NCBI GenBank assembly: GCA_049515535.1
Contig: JBEKTZ010000006.1
Location: 1 to 64,000 of the forward strand
Direction: 5' to 3'
DNA: 64,000 bases
Source: Candidatus Aminicenantales bacterium
GTDB taxonomy: Bacteria > Acidobacteriota > Aminicenantia > Aminicenantales > UBA4085
Below the pieces are notes generated by a model. That model was not told the origin of the DNA. It worked only from the letters and a program-made list of their open reading frames with translations, and did not search any database. This document shows positions 60,325-64,000 of this stretch, piece by piece. Each line of letters opens with the position of its first letter. The first letter of the stretch is position 1. The translations under genes were made by a program, and so were the position numbers.

Positions 60325-60516
60325 TGATTATCGAATTTATGGTATTGGTTTCAGAATATCCCGGGCAAGGCGGAGAGGGTGGAGGGGAGAAAAAGGAAGC
60401 GGCGCCGGCGGCTGATTATCAATTTCTTGATGTAATTTCAGGACACCCAGGGCAAGGCGGAGAGGGGAGAGGGGCAAGAGGGAGGGCGATGGAGGGGCGG
60501 CAGGAATGGGGAGAGG
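60325..60516 (+). repeat. Family A repeat, tandem of two units
   Basis: TGATTATCGAATTTATGGTATTGGTTTCAGAATATCCCGGGCAAG...GCGGCGCCGGCGGCTGATTATCAATTTCTTGATGTAATTTCAGGACACCCAGGGCAAG. Confidence 0.92.
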
Positions 60517-60847
60517 TGAAATTTTCGATTGGCGTAAATATATGAACATATCCATGTTGATTCAGCATACTGGGATTTTCAAAAAACATTTCGGCGAGAC
60601 TGTATTGGAGAGTAAATTCTGAATTTTTTTTGGCACATGCTTATTTCCCTAGGCGTTTCGAAATTTGATATAAATATAGCACCCTATAGCGATCAAAATT
60701 CTGAAGATAAAAGAGATAAGGCCGATAAATAATCCTGGGAATATTTTTTGCGGAATATAAGTAGCCGCCACAAGAATCGGGTCAAACCGGAGAATTTCGG
60801 GGAGTATAAAGTCTACTTAACTAAAGTTTATTAATGTAAACTTATTC

Positions 60848-60876
60848 TTGACAAAGTTGAAAAACGGTTTTATGAT
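60848..60876 (+). promoter_or_regulatory. Sigma70 promoter of the TA pair (probably leaderless)
   Basis: TTGACA-17 bp-TATGAT; the GTG start lies 6 nt downstream. Confidence 0.75.
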
Positions 60877-60882
60877 GAAAGA

Positions 60883-61119
60883 GTGAAGAAAGAGCAAAAA
60901 GCCACTCTGGCCGTTAAGGTCAACTATGAAGTTGCCGAGAGGGTCAAGCGTTTCTGCCGGGAGAGGGGGTTGAAGTACGGATTTTTCGTCGAGAAAGCCA
61001 TCCTCGAACAGCTCTCTCGAGAGGAGCTCAAAGAAGACCTGGTGGATTTGAAGAATCTGCGCGAGATCGAACATCAAGCTATCTCCCTTGACGAGTACCT
61101 CAAGAAGCGCCGTGTATGA
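60883..61119 (+). CDS. RHH-like antitoxin
   Basis: TLAVKV...ERVKRFC...VEKAI..LE; overlaps the RelE gene. Confidence 0.8.
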   Translation: MKKEQKATLAVKVNYEVAERVKRFCRERGLKYGFFVEKAILEQLSREELKEDLVDLKNLREIEHQAISLDEYLKKRRV

Positions 61120-61363
61120 ACTCTTCCTCCTGCCCCCGGCGCAAAAAGACCTCGACAAGCTCGAAGCGTCGGTCTTTAAACGAATCCTCAAGAAAATCCG
61201 GGTCCTGTCCAAGGATGCGTGTCCCACGGGCTGCCTTAAATTAGCCGGGGATGAAGGTTATCGTATCCGAGTTGGAGATTATCGCATCCTCTATCGGGTC
61301 GACGACGCTTTGAAGCGAATTTTTATCTACCGGATCAAGCACCGTAAAGACGTCTATTCCTGA
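61112..61363 (+). CDS. relE: RelE/ParE-family toxin
   Basis: AQKDLDKL, KLAG..GYRIRVGDYRILY, HRKDVY. Confidence 0.9.
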   Translation: MYELFLLPPAQKDLDKLEASVFKRILKKIRVLSKDACPTGCLKLAGDEGYRIRVGDYRILYRVDDALKRIFIYRIKHRKDVYS

Positions 61364-61380
61364 CCCCTCTTGCTAAAATT

Positions 61381-61437
61381 GGAGACACAATACTCATTTC
61401 CCAATTTCCGGGAGTGCTGGAGTGAGCAGAATTAGGG
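61381..61437 (+). repeat. Family B repeat lacking its right arm
   Basis: GGAGACACAATACTCATTTCCCAATTTCCGGGAGTGCTGGAGTGAGCAGAATTAGGG. Confidence 0.85.
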
Positions 61438-61726
61438 CAAACGTAATACCCACTGGGGTGAAATAAATGGTTTTGTCCTTTCCTGGAATATAGAAATCGA
61501 CAGGACTATTCATTTGCCCCTGATTAGGAACAAAATAGACGGGAATTTTGCCAAAGTCGCGGATTGCGGCCGGCGCTTTAGTCGATGACGAGGCAGAAGT
61601 CAGGAGAGGATTGCTCGCCGATTCCCCGCTCTTTGCTGCGTTTTGCGTTGTCGGCGAAAAGGCTGAACTCATTGAGGAAAAGGCCAGGATGGCAATGGAA
61701 ATAAAAACCCCTTTTTTCATGACCAT
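61438..61726 (-). pseudogene. N-terminal fragment of a secreted SBBP/beta-propeller-type protein
   Basis: Signal peptide and FGKIPVYFVPNQGQ...YFTP.GITFAL; the reading frame then runs into the family B repeat. Confidence 0.6.
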
Positions 61727-61995
61727 TTACCCGCTCATTTCAACTCCCCGAAAAAGCTGAGCATAAAGAAAATCGAATTATTTTATTTGTTTTCTAATTT
61801 GTTACCCTTAAGACAATAATATTTTTTTTTGAAATGGCGTTGTCAATGTTAATGTAGTTATTTTATTATCACGGAATTGATTTGGGCCGCCCCAATCTTT
61901 GACAAACCGTCACCAATGTAGTGAACGAGTTCAATGTCTTGACAAAAGCCTTCTTCCGGCTCTATATTTACGGCCGATCGATAAGGAGGAGTCAG

Positions 61996-62628
61996 ATGAG
62001 ATTTCGCTCTTGGGTTTTGTTGATTGGCGCAGTCGCGGTCTTGGGGTGTCTAGCTCTGGCCCAGACCCAGAAGCCGGCGAGCCCGCCGGGGACGGCGGCC
62101 ACACAAGTCGGCGGCAAGTATGTCCAGGTTCAGAACAGCCAAAGATACCAAGGAGGCAAGTGGATCGAGATATCCTACGGCCGGCCCATCAAGCGCGAGC
62201 GCCAGAACTTGTTCGGCGTGGGCGCTGAATACGGTAAAAAGCTGAACGACGAAGCGCCGGTTTGGCGCGCGGGAGCCAACAAGACAACGCGGCTCAAGAC
62301 GGAAGTCCCGTTGATCTTTGATGGCAAGACGCTTCCGGCCGGCGAATATTGCGTCTTCGTCGACTTGAAGGAGAAGGCCTGGATCATCATCTTCTCCACG
62401 TGGCCGGCGCAGGAGAAGTACGATCCCAAAAATAAGGACGCCCTCTGGGGTTCGTACGGGTACACGCCCGATAAGGACGTCCTCCGGGCCACGATGAAGC
62501 TCGACATCCTGCCGTTCTCGATGGACCAATTCACGATCGCCTTCATCGATATGACCTCCGTTGACGGGAAGCTGGCCATGATGTGGGACAAGACGATGGC
62601 CACCGTTCCCTTTAAAGTCGGGAGTTAG
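61996..62628 (+). CDS. DUF2911 protein
   Basis: AAGGAGG RBS, signal peptide, ISYGRP, VWRAGAN.TT, LPAGEY, WGSY.Y...DVLR. Confidence 0.88.
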   Translation: MRFRSWVLLIGAVAVLGCLALAQTQKPASPPGTAATQVGGKYVQVQNSQRYQGGKWIEISYGRPIKRERQNLFGVGAEYGKKLNDEAPVWRAGANKTTRLKTEVPLIFDGKTLPAGEYCVFVDLKEKAWIIIFSTWPAQEKYDPKNKDALWGSYGYTPDKDVLRATMKLDILPFSMDQFTIAFIDMTSVDGKLAMMWDKTMATVPFKVGS

Positions 62629-62724
62629 TCGGAGAGAACGCCTTTTTGTTTCCGATAGAGATTCGACTATAATAAAAAGGGAGATGAAGAAAGACCCTGA
62701 TTCCATCCCCACGAGGAGGAAACC

Positions 62725-63309
62725 ATGAAACGCATTGGTCTCACGAGTGTTCTCGCCCTGGGCCTCATTTTGTTCCTGTCCCTGCCTTCGGCCACTTTTG
62801 CCCAGAGAAGTCAAGTCCGGCCGAGCCCCAAAGCCAGCGTCCTGCAAAGACTCGGCGCTGACACCGATATCACCATCCAGTACGGCCGGCCGGGTGTCAA
62901 AGGGAGAAAAATATGGGGTGAGTTGGTGCCTTACGGCCTGGCTCCGGGGAACTCATCTTCGATGGGCAAGCCTTTTCCCTGGCGGGCCGGCGCCAACGAA
63001 AACACGACCATTGAATTCAACAAAGACATTCTGATCGAAGGGAATAAATTAGCGGCGGGCAAGTACGGCATCCATATGATCCCTTCGGAAAAAGATTGGA
63101 TCATCATCTTCAGCAAGAACAGCGGGTCCTGGGGAAGCTTTTCTTACAGCCAGGAGGAAGACGCCCTCCGGGTGACCGTGACCCCGGTCAAAGCTCCCCA
63201 CGAAGAATGGTTGACGTACGGGTTCGGTGACTTGGCGGGAGGCTCGGCCACCGCTTATCTCCACTGGGAACAATTGAAAATACCGTTCAAGATCAAATTG
63301 GCTCAATAG
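62725..63309 (+). CDS. DUF2911 protein
   Basis: RPSPKA, YGRPGVKGRKIWGELVPYG, WRAGANENT. Confidence 0.9.
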   Translation: MKRIGLTSVLALGLILFLSLPSATFAQRSQVRPSPKASVLQRLGADTDITIQYGRPGVKGRKIWGELVPYGLAPGNSSSMGKPFPWRAGANENTTIEFNKDILIEGNKLAAGKYGIHMIPSEKDWIIIFSKNSGSWGSFSYSQEEDALRVTVTPVKAPHEEWLTYGFGDLAGGSATAYLHWEQLKIPFKIKLAQ

Positions 63310-63376
63310 TCAATAGTCTTGTTTTAGAGTCGCTTTTCGGAAGCCCGGTCCCTTCCGGTCGAAGGATGAGCTTAAC

Positions 63377-64000
63377 ATGAAAAAGTGCCTTGCGGTCGTT
63401 TTTGGCTTGAGTTTGCTGCTTCCCATGTCGGCCCGAGCCCAACAGGGCCAGATCCCCAATACCGCGGAATTGGAAATCGCCCTTCACAAGCTCAACGTTC
63501 TAGGGAGCGCTCTTTTCATTGGAGCCCATCCGGACGATGAAAATTCCTCTGTTTTGGCCTATCTCTCGAAGGGCCGGAACTTGCGGACGGCCTATCTTTC
63601 CGTCACCCGCGGCGAAGGCGGCCAAAATCTGATCGGCTCGGAGAAAGGCGCCGAGATCGGTCTCCTCCGAACTCAAGAGCTCATGTCGGCCCGCCGGGTC
63701 GATGGGGCCGAACAGTTCTTTACACGGGCCGTCGATTTTGGCTATACCAAAACGGCCGAGGAAACCTTTGAATTCTGGGGGAAGGAAAAGATCCTCGGCG
63801 ATATCGTCTGGGTGATCCGAAAATTCCGACCCGATGTGATTCTCACCCGTTTTACGCCCGAGAACGCCGGCGGACACGGCCACCATATTGCCGCCGGACT
63901 GCTGACCAAGGAGGCGTTTGTCGCGGCCGCCGACCCGAAGAGATTTTCCGAGCAATTGAAATATGTGTCGGTCTGGAAGGCCAAGAGACTGTTCTGGAAC
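63377..64000 (+). CDS. PIG-L/LmbE-family deacetylase (partial, runs off the window)
   Basis: Signal peptide, GAHPDDEN, TRGEGGQNLIG, RTQELM.ARRVDG, GHGHH; absent from the ORF track because it has no stop in the window. Confidence 0.9.
   Translation, partial: MKKCLAVVFGLSLLLPMSARAQQGQIPNTAELEIALHKLNVLGSALFIGAHPDDENSSVLAYLSKGRNLRTAYLSVTRGEGGQNLIGSEKGAEIGLLRTQELMSARRVDGAEQFFTRAVDFGYTKTAEETFEFWGKEKILGDIVWVIRKFRPDVILTRFTPENAGGHGHHIAAGLLTKEAFVAAADPKRFSEQLKYVSVWKAKRLFWN

Noticed and set aside
60337..60555. Recurring peptide LARDVLKLYPEI.NQPPAP in small ORFs (14900, 37512, 41678, 42923, 60337)
   Set aside because: These are translations of family A. Substitutions are not biased to third positions, some copies have 1-nt indels, and the + frame contains TGA stops.

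Overview
A 64-kb bacterial region made of unrelated 1-5-gene modules in both orientations, with visibly heterogeneous GC content. The paralogous Zn-ribbon/Ser-Thr kinase/TPR genes, M28 peptidases, VPS10-type hydrolase and PIG-L protein suggest an Acidobacteriota/Ca. Aminicenantes-like host (inference only). Modules include a MacAB-type ABC exporter, MarR-EmrAB-TolC efflux, a beta-propeller hybrid histidine kinase, a ComD/ComE-like TPP decarboxylase pair, a long divergent GlpX-like protein, an APC permease plus amidohydrolase, a B12 radical SAM enzyme, NfeD/SPFH, an ECF sigma pair and three toxin-antitoxin-like pairs. The most striking unannotated signal is a dispersed intergenic repeat family (family A). 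By manual reading it occurs at about 18 loci, all on the + strand regardless of neighbouring gene orientation, and often at module junctions. Its consensus is (ACGAnGATC)AACATCCCGGGCAAGTCGTCGA-[purine linker]-GCGGCGCCGGCGG-CTGAATATCGATTTCTGGATATAATTTCAG-AACATCCC-GGGCAAG-[G/A tract], and the 30-bp core is almost invariant in length. A second co-oriented hairpin family (B; GGAGACACAATAC...GTATTGTGTCTCC) and many short gene, IS and tRNA scraps lie next to these repeats. Together they look like a possible cassette/capture or HUH-transposase-driven system whose enzyme is not in the window. All alignments and counts are by eye.
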